In this document: positions 53,179 through 64,000 of the stretch, one piece after another
Layout of the letters: each line of letters begins with the position of its first letter
Position numbering within the stretch: the stretch's first letter is position 1
DNA from: the human T2T-CHM13v2.0 reference genome, Homo sapiens
Length of the DNA stretch: 64,000 nt
Strand: one strand, 5' to 3'
Assembly: GCF_009914755.1 (NCBI RefSeq)
Contig: NC_060934.1
Translations under genes and position numbers: made by a program
Notes under the pieces: model-generated
The model's input: only the letters and a program-made list of their open reading frames with translations
Told to the model about the DNA's origin: nothing
Databases searched by the model: none

Positions 53179-53744
53179 TGTATGCAGAAAAGAGTTAACA
53201 TAATAGGCCTGAGACAGCTATTCTTAGGAAGGCCTGCTTACGAGGTTGGCCCTTGGTTGGCATCTGGGAACTTGGATTTTGGGAGGGGCCCCACTATTGT
53301 CAAAACTGATAACCATGGTTCACTGTGCTGAAACTGTGCATGCAAACAATATGGTATGTGCTGAACACCTGCTTGTCTTTTCTGGAGGTCTGGAATGTTG
53401 GTATATACTAGGTAAAGGGTGCCTGTGTGACCAGCCCCCGTTAGAAACCCTGGGCACTGAGTCTCTAATGAGCTTCACTGAGAGGCAACATTTCACATGT
53501 ACTGTCACACCTCCCTGGAGAAATGAAGCGTGGCCTGCATGACTCCAATAGGAGAGAACTCTTAGAAGCTTGTGTCTGATTTCCTGTAGACCTTGCTCCA
53601 TGCACGTTTCCCCTTTGCTGATTTTGCTTTGAGTGTATCATTGTATTGTAATAAATCTTAGCCATGAGTGTGACTATATGCTGAGTCCTGTGAGTCTTCC
53701 TAGCAAATCACTGGCCTTGGGTTGATCTTGGGGACCCTGACGCA
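53179..53744 (+). mobile_element. ERVL solo LTR (MER68-like, ~565 bp)
   Basis: GCAGAAAAGAGTTAACAT...GGCCTGCTT...GTTGGCCCTTGG; LTR AATAAA ~53650; ends GGGGACCCTGACGCA. Confidence 0.7.
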
Positions 53745-54267
53745 GACAGACACCATGGTCTTAGACCAAGCATGATTCATCTTCTGGGAACTGGTCACCT
53801 TGGGGTTCTGTCAGTGGAGAGGAAGAGTGGTATGGCTGTGGAAAGTGACACAGTGTCTGCCACACAAATTGGTATTTCACTGAAAGATGTACTTATCAGA
53901 ACAATGAGGACACCTAAAGACATCTGTAGGGGTTTTGTCACTTGCAACCAGATTCTCTGACTCATTGTGATAAAGATGCTTATTACAATTTGAACAGAAA
54001 TCCAAATGGTAAAACATTTTACTGATAATCTCATTCAAACCTACCCTCCTTGACCTCTTATTCTGTGGGAAAAAGAGACTGTAATACCATGGAGAGAAAG
54101 TATGGGGAGGACAATTCCAAATGCCAGTGGCAGGATGGCCAGCATGATGCCTCCGGCCAGTAAGCTTGCCCTCTGAAGAAGGGTGAATGCTCCTGTGTTT
54201 GTAAATACTGGAGGCTCAGTGGATTGTCTTGAGAGGAGGGAGTCCTGATCAATTTAGTGATTGGTTC

Positions 54268-54581
54268 TTTTTTTTGTTTGTTTCATTTTGAGACAAAGTC
54301 TCACTCTGTTGTCACCCAGGCTGGAGCGCAGTGGTGCAATCTCGGTGCACTCCAACCTCCGCCTACCAGGTTCAAGTGATTCTCCCATCCTCCCACCACA
54401 GCCTCTCAAGTAGCTGGGACTACAGGCACACACCATCACACCCAGTTAATTTTTGTACTTTTAGTAGAGACGGGGTTTCACCATGTTGCCCAGGCTGGTC
54501 TCAAACTCCTGAGCTTAGTGATCCACCCGCCTTTGCCTCCCAAAGTGCTGGGATTACAGGTATGAGCCATGGTGCCCAGCC
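54268..54581 (-). mobile_element. Alu (J/S-type)
   Basis: Reverse Alu dimer; TGATT(G/T)GTTCTT on both flanks. Confidence 0.9.
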
Positions 54582-54605
54582 TCAACTGATTTGTTCTTAC
54601 ATTAG

Positions 54606-54880
54606 AAAATGAGCAGGAGAGCTGAGCCACAAATCTGTTTCCATGCTGATGTTTTCCCATCCTGAATAATCATCTGCCTGCCTGTGGAAAGGGAAAATGC
54701 AAACGTCTCCATGCAACTGAACACCCAAGTGTTTGCCATAGTATTAGCAAAACACAGCATGGCCAAACATGGAAAATAGCCCCAGAGAATGCCATTTTGC
54801 TCAAGAAGACCTTGGAGGAATATCTGGCCTGTTCAAGCACTTTCCCTACCCTGAATCTCTTTGGCTATAATTTGCCCATT
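54606..54880 (+). pseudogene. Fossil exon of KIAA0825-like gene: NLFPC*CFPILN / RENANVSMQLNTQVFAIVLAK / FPTLNLFGYNL
   Basis: ttcttacattag| acceptor in phase 2 with the 49632 donor; matches recalled EVIRCLRLALTD, KESCKSFTRLTAQAVSIVISK, LKKAGLLVWNL. Confidence 0.65.
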
Positions 54881-55877
54881 TTTAATCAATCAATAATCAT
54901 ATTTCTGGGTTCTGGGGCTGAGACAGAGATCGAAGAAAGTGAAAGGCATGGTTCATGCCCTTATAGAGACTACATATAGCTAGACCGAAAACAGTGAGAA
55001 GCAAAACTGTGGGTGCTTTGAACTGTACATGCAGTGGGAATTAAGGAATGATGTAGTCAGGCTGAAGTGACCAGGGACATTTCCTGGGGACAGGACTTGA
55101 AGATGAGTTGGCTTTAGACTAATGCTGGGGAGTGGGAACTGACCTGGGCAGCAAAGCAAGGCACAGAGGCAGAGATGAACTCTGAATGTTCAGGGCTCAC
55201 CAGGGAGACTGGCTGGGGGCTTCCATGGGGAAGGAGAGGGAAGCCTGGTCAGAGAATAGGACAAGACCAGGGAGAGAAGATCTTGACAACAGATGAAGGG
55301 CAGAGCGAGGAGTTTGAATTTGATGAGGACTGCCATCTACTGGCAGTTGATGCAGGCTCTTGGGCAGTAGTGTGGCCTTGGTCCCGCTGAGGTGGGCAGG
55401 GGGAGCTAGAGACAAGGAGAATCTCTAGGAACCCCCAACCCTGAAACAGAAGCCTGAGTTTCAACTGGAGGCGGGAGAGGAGAGTCAGCGAGAACGAAGA
55501 TGGACAGACTGCGGAAACATAAATGAAGGTAGGAACAGCGGAGCTCGAAGAGTAAATGCAGAGAGTGGACACAGAGGCCAAGAGGCTTGGCTCCAGGGCT
55601 TTCTTCCTAGGAGACCAGAATTTCCCCTTGTGCAGGCTGAGGACACATACAGATGCTCCTTGTTCCCATTAAGCCTCACGCTGACACCCCAAGATGGTTA
55701 GGAAGTGGCTTGGCAAGGTCCCTCCCAGGCCTTTTGGAAATCTCCATGAAGGAGTGTCTGTTTCTCCTCCCCATTCTTCCTTCTCCTTCCACACCCCCTG
55801 ACCCACCCCTTTCTCTTTCTCTTTCCCTCTCTCCTTCTACCCCTCCTTCTCCTATTCGAACTTTCTGGCTTCTGCAG

Positions 55878-56215
55878 GAAAAGCAGCCACAGTTTCTTCC
55901 CACTGCCCACCCCCCAACCCCTGCCCCAATGCTTGGAGGACAGACCCATCCCTTTGCTGGGTTCAGGAAGATTCTAAAACACTTCGGCCTGCTGCTTCCA
56001 CCAGCCCGGCTCCAGCTGCATCGCCAGAAACCTGTCCAAAAAGAAGGGTTCAGATCACATAGGGAGCTCCTCTTGCTCTTCAAACTCCCAAGCTGCTGCT
56101 AACCAGCTTGTGGAGAGAGGGGATGAAGCGAAATTTAGGGCAGGAAGAACATGAGCCTGCTAGCATAATCCACTTCTATCGCAAAGCGAGCGGGTATGCT
56201 CAGGCCTGCGGCCAG
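55878..56215 (+). pseudogene. Fossil exon of KIAA0825-like gene: QCLED...HQPGSSCIARNLSKKK...LVERGDEA...IIHFYRKASG
   Basis: Long pyrimidine tract plus ctgcag|; CAG|GTACAG donor; matches recalled EQQKPNWIERQLLKAR, ALQEGDVA, VLDLCHKPGG. Confidence 0.6.
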
Positions 56216-56542
56216 GTACAGGGCACACAACCCTCTGTCAGCCCTGCTGTGTCTCCTCAAGGGGGCAGAGCTGTCTTCTTACATGTGTGGCATGGGTGTG
56301 TGCACACACATCCACACACGCAGGAACGCACCTGACATTAGGAAAAAGTCATTCTAACCCCCTAGTTGGTCTCAATGGACTCCTGCAGCTGTAGATGGGA
56401 ATTTGAAAGCCCAGATCAGCATAGAAACCAGCCTTAACCAGTTGGCTGAGCCATGGTCAAGTAAATTAATAAATCCTGGTGCCTGCAAAATCTAGATCTC
56501 AGGAATAATGGGGTGGGGGGAGGAAACTGGTTCTGCCTGTAG

Positions 56543-56867
<325 letters not shown>

Positions 56868-57458
56868 CAGGCTGAGATTTCTAAGCCCCATCCTTTGAGC
56901 AGCTAGCCTCCCAGAAGAACCATTTCCTACCACACACAGCGCTCTGCACACTGGAGGCACTCCACAAACACTGTGCAAGGGGCTGTGGATTTTCCTGGAG
57001 AAGGCTCTAAACCACCAGTGGTCTTGGCTGCAAGGAAGCAGCCTCTCCCACTTGTAATTTATCCAAGGCCATTTGGTTAAGCCAGGAGCCCCAGAACAGC
57101 CCACACCTGCAAGGCAGGTGATGTTTATGGCAAAACTTTCAAGTAGGTGTACACCCTTGAGGTTTCTTTCCAAAGCACAAAGGTTGGAGGATGTGACCAG
57201 TGTCTGGAATTTGTACCAAAAGTTCTGCTCTCCTTTGAGACTCTCTCCCCCATATGTACACATATGCAACACACATAAACACAAAGTCACGTATGGACAT
57301 ATGTACACACATCAACATAGTCATGTGTACACATAATTACACACTTTCTTCTTTTTTATTCAAATGTTTTATTAATTGTAAAGGTGGCAGACTCTCTGTA
57401 ATAGGCCAGATATTACAGAGATGATTTTTTTAAAAGTAATCATCTCAATCCCTTAACA

Positions 57459-57797
57459 CAGCAGTCCCAACCTTTTTGGCATCAGAGACCAGCTGTGTGG
57501 AAGACAATTTTTCCACGGATGGCGGGGTTGGTGGAGGATAGTTTCAGGATGAAACTGTTCCCCCTCAGATCATCAAGCATTAGATTCTTATAAGGAGTGT
57601 GCAACCCAGATCCCTCACATGCGCAGTTCACAATAGGGTTCACACTCCTATGAGAATCTAATGCTGCTGCTGATCTGACAGGAGGCGGAGCTCAGGCAGT
57701 AATGCTCACTGGCCCACTGCTCACCTCCTGCTGTGTGGTCCAGTTCCTAACAGGCCAGGACCAGTACTGGTCCATGGTCCAGGGGTTGGGGACCCTG
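57459..57797. mobile_element. MER1B hAT-Charlie DNA transposon
   Basis: TIRs CAGCAGTCCCAACC / GGTTGGGGACCCTG; 8-bp TSD (C/T)CTTAACA. Confidence 0.88.
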
Positions 57798-59254
57798 TCT
57801 TAACATAATCAGTGTTAGCAGTTTGCAGCATATCCTTCTGTATCTTTCTCTGTACTGATGCAAACATATATAAACATTCATCAAAAAATGTTACATCTAA
57901 AAATAGGATTATTACTAAACTTGTTTTTCAGCAATTTGCATCTTTAACACTGTATCTGGGGGATTCTTCAACTCAGTACATATGGGTCTGACTCTTCCTA
58001 ATAGCTGAAGCACATAAGCACATCTACTTATGCTAACACAGACACATTGTATACATGTGCACACACCCCACCTCATCCCACACCACATCATCCCCAAGGC
58101 TATTGATACTGGCACTGCCCCTGCCCCTAGCCCTAACCTGCAAAACATGAGGTTACTGCTGTGTGGTTACCCCTCACACCCCCGCTTCCAGACCACACTG
58201 GCTTGACTCCCATAGGAGGGTTAAGATGGTGCACTTGGCCCAGGCTGTGCTTCTGAGTGGGCTGCTCTTGTCGTATCCCCACCCCCCACTCAGACCCTCA
58301 GGGGTAAAAACTATCACCTGGGAACACGGACCAAGCTCGGGGCCAGGCAGACATGCTTGGAGGCTGTTGTGGTAAGGAAGGGAAGGCAGGAAATCGGTCA
58401 GCCCAATAAGAAGCAAGGGGTATCCTAGAACAGCAGACCCCCAAGCTGAGGCATTGGCAACCTGTGTGCCAGCCCCGCCCTGACATTAACTCACCGTGTG
58501 ACCTCAGGCAAGCCTTTCCCTCTCTGAACCTCCTTTCTTCTTCCATAAGATGAGCATGTTTGCAGTGAGGCCCTTCCAGCACAAACACATGGTTTGGTCA
58601 GTGAGTCCTGCTTCTCCCTCGGTGCTGGGAGCTCCCTCTCACACCAATGCTCCCGTGGGACCCTGCTCCCTGCACCCTCAGAGTGAGGGGAACTGGAGGG
58701 GAGCTGGTGAGGCAGAGCAGAAGCTGAGCCTGACCAGAGAGGCAGGCAGGAGGCTGCCCTGGAGGCCAGATCCAGATGAGGGTTTCATAGGCCTGGCAAA
58801 GCCTCCCCTCCTTCTAAGGCAGTAAAGTGCTTTTGCTGTCCTTTGGAGCCATGCTGCTCAGTAACTACACCTGGGAACACCAAGCACTTTTTCTTCTTAA
58901 TTAAAAAAAAAAAAAGTAATATTTCAGCAGGCCCTGGGCACTTCCTGTCTTGCTAAGTCAGTACTTGTCTGATCTTTCCTGTTGAACTGGGTCCCTTAGT
59001 GCAGCATCTACTATTTACTTACTGCTGTATCCCCAGGATCTAGGTAATACCTGAGATATACTAAATGTCCAGTAAATATTTCAATGCCTCTCTCACTGAT
59101 TCTGATTACAAATGTGATACCCTCATGTTGTTTTTAAAAATCCCCAAAATAGATATAAATGATTAAACTTAATAAGTGGAAAGTTTTCCAAAATGCTATT
59201 CTACAGGCCTCCCCATAAGTAATCATCATTAACAGTTTGGTGACATGCTCCTGT

Positions 59255-59470
59255 CCCACTCTTGTACTGTTGACATTTTGAACCAGATAATTCTCTGTTA
59301 TAGGATGATTGGCAGTATATCTGGCCTCTGCCCACCAAATGCCAGTAGCACTCCCCCAGTTGTGACAGCCAAAAATACTTTTAGACATTGATAAATGTCC
59401 CCCAGCAGACCAAATTATATCCTGCCACTCCCTCCTACTCCCCTGTGTCCCACCCCTGTTGAGGAGCACT
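59255..59470. mobile_element. MER20 DNA transposon
   Basis: actgttgacattttgaaccagataattct...gccagtagcactcccccagttgtgacagccaaaaat. Confidence 0.8.
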
Positions 59471-60430
59471 CTATATACATCCACAGAGTGAAAGTAAAGT
59501 TGAAAACAAGTAAACAAGGGCAAGAAAGAGGAGACAGTGATACATAGATGTAGGTATCAAAAACTGTTTATAATTGGTTAAATGTAAATTAATATTCCTG
59601 TTCCCTGATTTCCAGTCTTGTGTGAGCCTTGTTCAATTATTCAATCTTTATTTCATTTCCCAAATATTTATTAAATACCTTTGATGTGCTAGAAACTATG
59701 CTCATAGATATATTTTCAATAAACTTATTATAACTAAGTATCTACTTCAGCCCCCGAAAATGAAGGTAGGGAGTGGCAACAAATCCCCAGGTTCTAACTG
59801 GTTACACCTCAGTCTCTTACGAGTCCATCACTCTTAACTCTGACCAGCTCCCGCATACCTCCACCTGCCATATTGGCCTGCCATGGTAGGCCAGGGAGAG
59901 AGAAAAAGGAAGAAAAGAGAAGAGAAAAGAAAAATGTGTTGCCTACTGCCCCTGCCTTTATTGGGATGGACAGCTGGAGTAAACATCATCCAGAAAGACT
60001 GGGACTCTGGGTCCTCTCAAACCCAGCACACCCGCACCACGAATACCAGCCCCCAGCAAGAAACCTCTAAGCACTTTGTGAGTATTCATCGCCTAAACAT
60101 ATTTCATTTCCAGTCTTGCCCAACTGATCTCAGCCTTAACTGTTTAACTGGGCTGGTCTCTGAGCAGACTCTGTAGCTGCCCTGAAATCAGGTTACTGGC
60201 ACAGCCTGTAGATATTGACTGATTCAAAGATTACAGTTGAGCAAACAGGAGCATGTTAATTTTTAATTTCACTTTGTTGATAAATCGGGCTTCCTCTTTG
60301 TCCTATAACCGATAATTACCTGGTCAGAAGAAACATGCGATACTTGACCTGCAATGAAAGTCCACTTGTCTGGCCTTCCTGGCCCTAGCTGGGTTTTTCA
60401 AAGGAGCTCCCATACTGGTTTGGCCTCAGT

Positions 60431-60478
60431 CAGCTGTTAAAGAATTGAGGGACTTCTGAGTTGCGCAACCCTGAGTCA
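60431..60478. promoter_or_regulatory. Candidate enhancer core: E-box CAGCTG, C/EBP TTGCGCAA (60461-60468) and AP-1 TGAGTCA (60472-60478)
   Basis: Perfect consensus motifs adjacent in non-repetitive DNA. Confidence 0.4.
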
Positions 60479-61829
60479 ATGTGAGACCCAAGCTGAACAG
60501 CATGGGACTCTTAAGAATTAAAGTGGAGACCTAAGGAAGATCTTTGAGGTTTGGGATTTGGGGTAGGAATGGGGTTTTTTTCTAACAAAGGAGAGACTGT
60601 GACAGAGAAAGTGTTTCTTTCATGGCTTCCAGTTCACACTAAGTCACCCTCATTCTGGAGCCAAGGTTGTTCTCAAAGGTGACTTTACCACAGTAAAACA
60701 TGAGGACAGAAAACAGCAGCCGTGTGTCCGCCTCATCACACAAGAGCCGTACTGTTTGCTAAGTCTCTTAGTTCACACAACCGTGGTGCCATCCTGGGAA
60801 ATAATTACCAGTACTCCCATTGTATGGAGAAAGAATTAATTTGCAGTTTATATCTCTAAAGGGTCCAATTACTTCATATAGAGATCTGTCGCATTGTTTT
60901 TCTCTTCCTTTTTTTTTTTTTCCCCCTGTTGCTTTTAGGGGCCAAAGCGGTTTCAGTTTGAAACCATGATGAATTTAACATAAATCAAGAAAAGCAACAG
61001 AAGCAACTTTTCCCATCTGGAATGGAGTACAGCCTTCTATTTTATGCTATTTGTCTACCCTGTCACTAACTGCAGAGAAAACGTTCTAAAAACTGCCCTT
61101 TGTAGCCTCAAGCCATTTCCCTAGGGCTGTTTGACTTAAAAAAAAAAAAAAAAAAAAGAGCCAGAGAAATAAAAAATGTGGGCAGAGCCTGAGTGGTTTT
61201 AAGTCAAAGACCTACTGAGCAGGGATTCATTTAGTGGGTTATTTTAAATAATTCAATCCAGAAAAAATTGGTTGAATATATATATATATGCCTCACCAAT
61301 TTCATTCACAGATGTTGGCAAGTGACTGAAAACAGGAAGGGAAACTTTGTTCAATGCTCGGAGATGAATGTACCAAATTATACAATCCCTGCAGAATTTG
61401 AGAACTGGAAGGGGACTAAGAAATCAGTTAGTCTAGTAAGTTAGGGCTTGCAATCTTTTTCTGGGGAGGTACTTCTGAGTTCCCTTACATTTTATGATCA
61501 TCAGAGACACGATTCTTCATACAGCTAGAGAGGGGAAGGTGGGATTTTATTGAGCATGTAATGTTATCATCCGCCTACTTTGAGGATTCCCAAGTCTTCC
61601 CATTGCCTATGGGAGTATTTCTGTGGGACATCAGTACCGTGGATTGTTCACCACAAAGGTTTCCAGGGTCACACCTGTTTAGGAAATGCTGTGTGTTATA
61701 TCCAACTTTGGATATTTGCAAAGTACACCTGCATAATAAATGCTGTTGCACTGAGTGAGAAGCCCTGGAATTTTAAAAGCCTCCTTATTTTTGCTTAAGC
61801 CAAGCCTCCAATCTTATTTTATGATCATA

Positions 61830-62295
61830 TCCTGTAGGATATAGCTACAAGTGACAGAAACCCTGACTCAAAACTGGAATAAACAATAAGGACTATTTGT
61901 GACGCTTTACAAAGCAGATGTTCAGAGAGGTAGGACAAGCTTGGGAGATTTGTGTCCATATTTTCCAACTCTAGCACCCTCAGTGTCAGCTTCATCTTCA
62001 GGCCACTAGTGGGATGACAGTTACAGGCATCACACTCAGGCCTGACAGAGGAAAAAGAAGGATCATTTCTTCACGTGGCCTCTCTTAGGAGAGAAGTTTC
62101 CCGCAAGCGCCCTGGTATACAATCAAGTCTCATTGGCCAGAATCTGGTCACATATCCACTCCTGAACCAATCACTGACAAAAAAAAAAAAAAAAAAAAGC
62201 ATGAAGCTGCATGGAGGAAGAATAGATTCCTGAACAAAACTAGAGCTCTGTTAGGAAGGCAAAGAGAATGGGTAAGCAGCCAGCATTGTTCACTG
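61830..62295. mobile_element. Old MLT1 (J/K-like) LTR
   Basis: gctacaagtgacagaaaccctgactcaaact...ctcattggccagaatctggtcacat. Confidence 0.55.
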
Positions 62296-62327
62296 TAACT
62301 GTAGACACCTTTTTACACCTAACACCC

Positions 62328-62886
62328 TGTGGTGGTTAATTTTATGTGCCAACCTGACTGGGCCACAGGGTGCCCAGACATTTGGTCAAATGTTATTCTG
62401 GGTATGTCTGTGAGAGTATTTCAGGATGAGGTTGATATTTGAAGTGGTAATGTTTGAAGTGGTGGGCTGAGTGAAGCAGACTGCCCTCCCTAATGTGGGT
62501 GGGCCTCATCCAATCAATTGAAGGCCTGGATAGAACAAAAAGATTGAGTAAAAGGAATTCCTCCCACTTGACTGCTGGAGCTGAGATATTAGTCTTTTCT
62601 AACCTTCAGTCTTATACCAAAACATCAGCTCGTCTTGGGTTTCAAGCCTGCTGGCTTTTGGACTGGATCTTACACCATCAGCTCTCATGGTTCTCAGCCC
62701 TTTGGACTCAGACTGCAACTGGACATTGGCTCTCCTGGGTCTGCAACTTGCAGACTGCAGATCTGGACTTTTTCAACCTGTAATTCTTTAAGATGAGTAA
62801 ACAAGTAAGTACATAAAAACATAACTTATTGATTCTGTTTCTGTTCTCTGAAGAACAGAGCCAGTAGTCTGTTTCTGACTAATACA
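62328..62886 (+). mobile_element. MLT2 (ERVL) LTR
   Basis: TGTGGTGGTTAATTTTATGTGCCAACCTGACTGGGCCAC...CTGACTAATACA. Confidence 0.82.
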
Positions 62887-63089
62887 CACTATATTAACGT
62901 TCCTCAGATCTTAAGTTCCTCCAAACACTTTGGAAAATGCCGGAAAGCTTTCTTAGGTAGAGGCCAAATTTTCTCATATAGCATTCAAAGCCTGTTATGC
63001 TTTGGTTCCCTACTCTTTTCTAGTCTCATGTACTGTTCTAGCAAACAAAATGTTATTTCAGACTCTTGCGCTTTTACATGTACTAGTCT

Positions 63090-63285
63090 CTCTGCTAGTT
63101 GCCCCTTTCCCATCTATCAAATGTGGAAACATGGGAAAGTTACTCAAGCTCTGTGCCTCAGTTTCCTTTCCAGAAAATAGAGATCATAGAAATAACTACC
63201 TCATTGGTTATTATGAGGATTAAATGCCTGCATGAACTTTGAACAGTTCCTGACACACGGTAAGTGCTAAATACACGTTAGAGAT
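63090..63285. mobile_element. MIR SINE
   Basis: aagttactcaagctctgtgcctcagtttcc...cctgacacacggtaagtgct. Confidence 0.7.
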
Positions 63286-63952
63286 CATTCTGCAATCCCA
63301 CTGCACTTTGTGCATCCCTCAATGAAAACACACTCCATGCAGTAATAAATGATTTTCTTGTACATGTATCTCTCCAACTAAATCACAAAGTCTTCAAAGA
63401 CAGGAATATCATATTGTTCCTCTTTGATTCTCCCAAGTTTAGCACAATATGTGGTTCTTGGCTATGATCAACAAGTGCTTGGTGAATGAATGGCTGAATG
63501 ATCTTCACACCTAAAGAAACTAAAATTCCAACAAGGTGAAATAAGTTGCACGTCACATAGACAGACAAGAAATGCCAGCACTTGGAATCCGGGTATCCCA
63601 GTTTCTGAAACCAGGAGCTCCATTTACCACCTAGAAATTGCTTCCCACTTGGTGACAGCATTCTTGTAATTCAATTCAACAAGTCTTTCTTAAGCACTTA
63701 CTATGCATCAGACCTGGGGACTGGGGATGACGAAAATTCAATCCATGCCCTCGAGGCATCAGGCAGCCATCCCCTGGACCTAAACCTCCAGCTGGCCTCC
63801 CTGCCTCCAGACCCCTACCCCTGCCACTCATTCTTCAAGGCACCATCAGAATTACTGCTTGGGCTTACATGCCCTAAAAGCCATAGCCTCTGGGAATAAT
63901 GCCCACATTTCTGGTCTGCCACCACCATAACCCATCCATAATCTAACTTCAT

Positions 63953-64000
63953 TGTATTAGTCCATTCTCACACTGGTATAAGGACATACTGAGACTGGGA
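63953..64000 (-). mobile_element. THE1/MST LTR end, truncated by the window edge
   Basis: TGTATTAGTCCATTCTCACACTG...GAGACTGGG. Confidence 0.75.

Noticed and set aside
55653-56102. 149-aa ORF and its 135-aa antisense partner as functional genes
   Set aside because: Open mainly because of a low-complexity pyrimidine tract; the KIAA0825-like similarity is in a different, interrupted frame

Overview
Primate, almost certainly human, genomic DNA. The first ~18 kb hold the last six coding exons and 3' UTR of the HECT E3 ligase gene HECTD2 (+ strand; human 10q23.32, upstream of PPP1R3C from prior knowledge). Its ~10.9-kb last intron carries a full-length but dead, sense-oriented L1PA2-type element nested in an older L1. 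The remaining ~46 kb look like repeat-rich intergenic DNA (13 Alus in the whole window, L1PA/L1M, L2, MIR, MaLR/ERVL LTRs, MER1/20/30), but three things are hidden in it. (1) At least eight collinear, mostly splice-site-flanked, stop- and frameshift-riddled exon remnants on the + strand from ~28.0 to ~60.3 kb. Their translations align by eye, in N-to-C order, to KIAA0825 (DUF4495 family), suggesting a fossil multi-exon KIAA0825-like paralogue that the ORF track misses. (2) A 5'-truncated L1PA5 carrying a ~380-bp 3' transduction, delimited by an ATTAAA signal, a second poly(A) tail and an 18-bp TSD. (3) An RPS27 processed pseudogene. Reference sequences (HECTD2, KIAA0825, RPS27, miRNAs, repeat consensuses) were recalled from memory and aligned by eye. 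No search was run, so subfamily calls and the KIAA0825 homology need computational confirmation.
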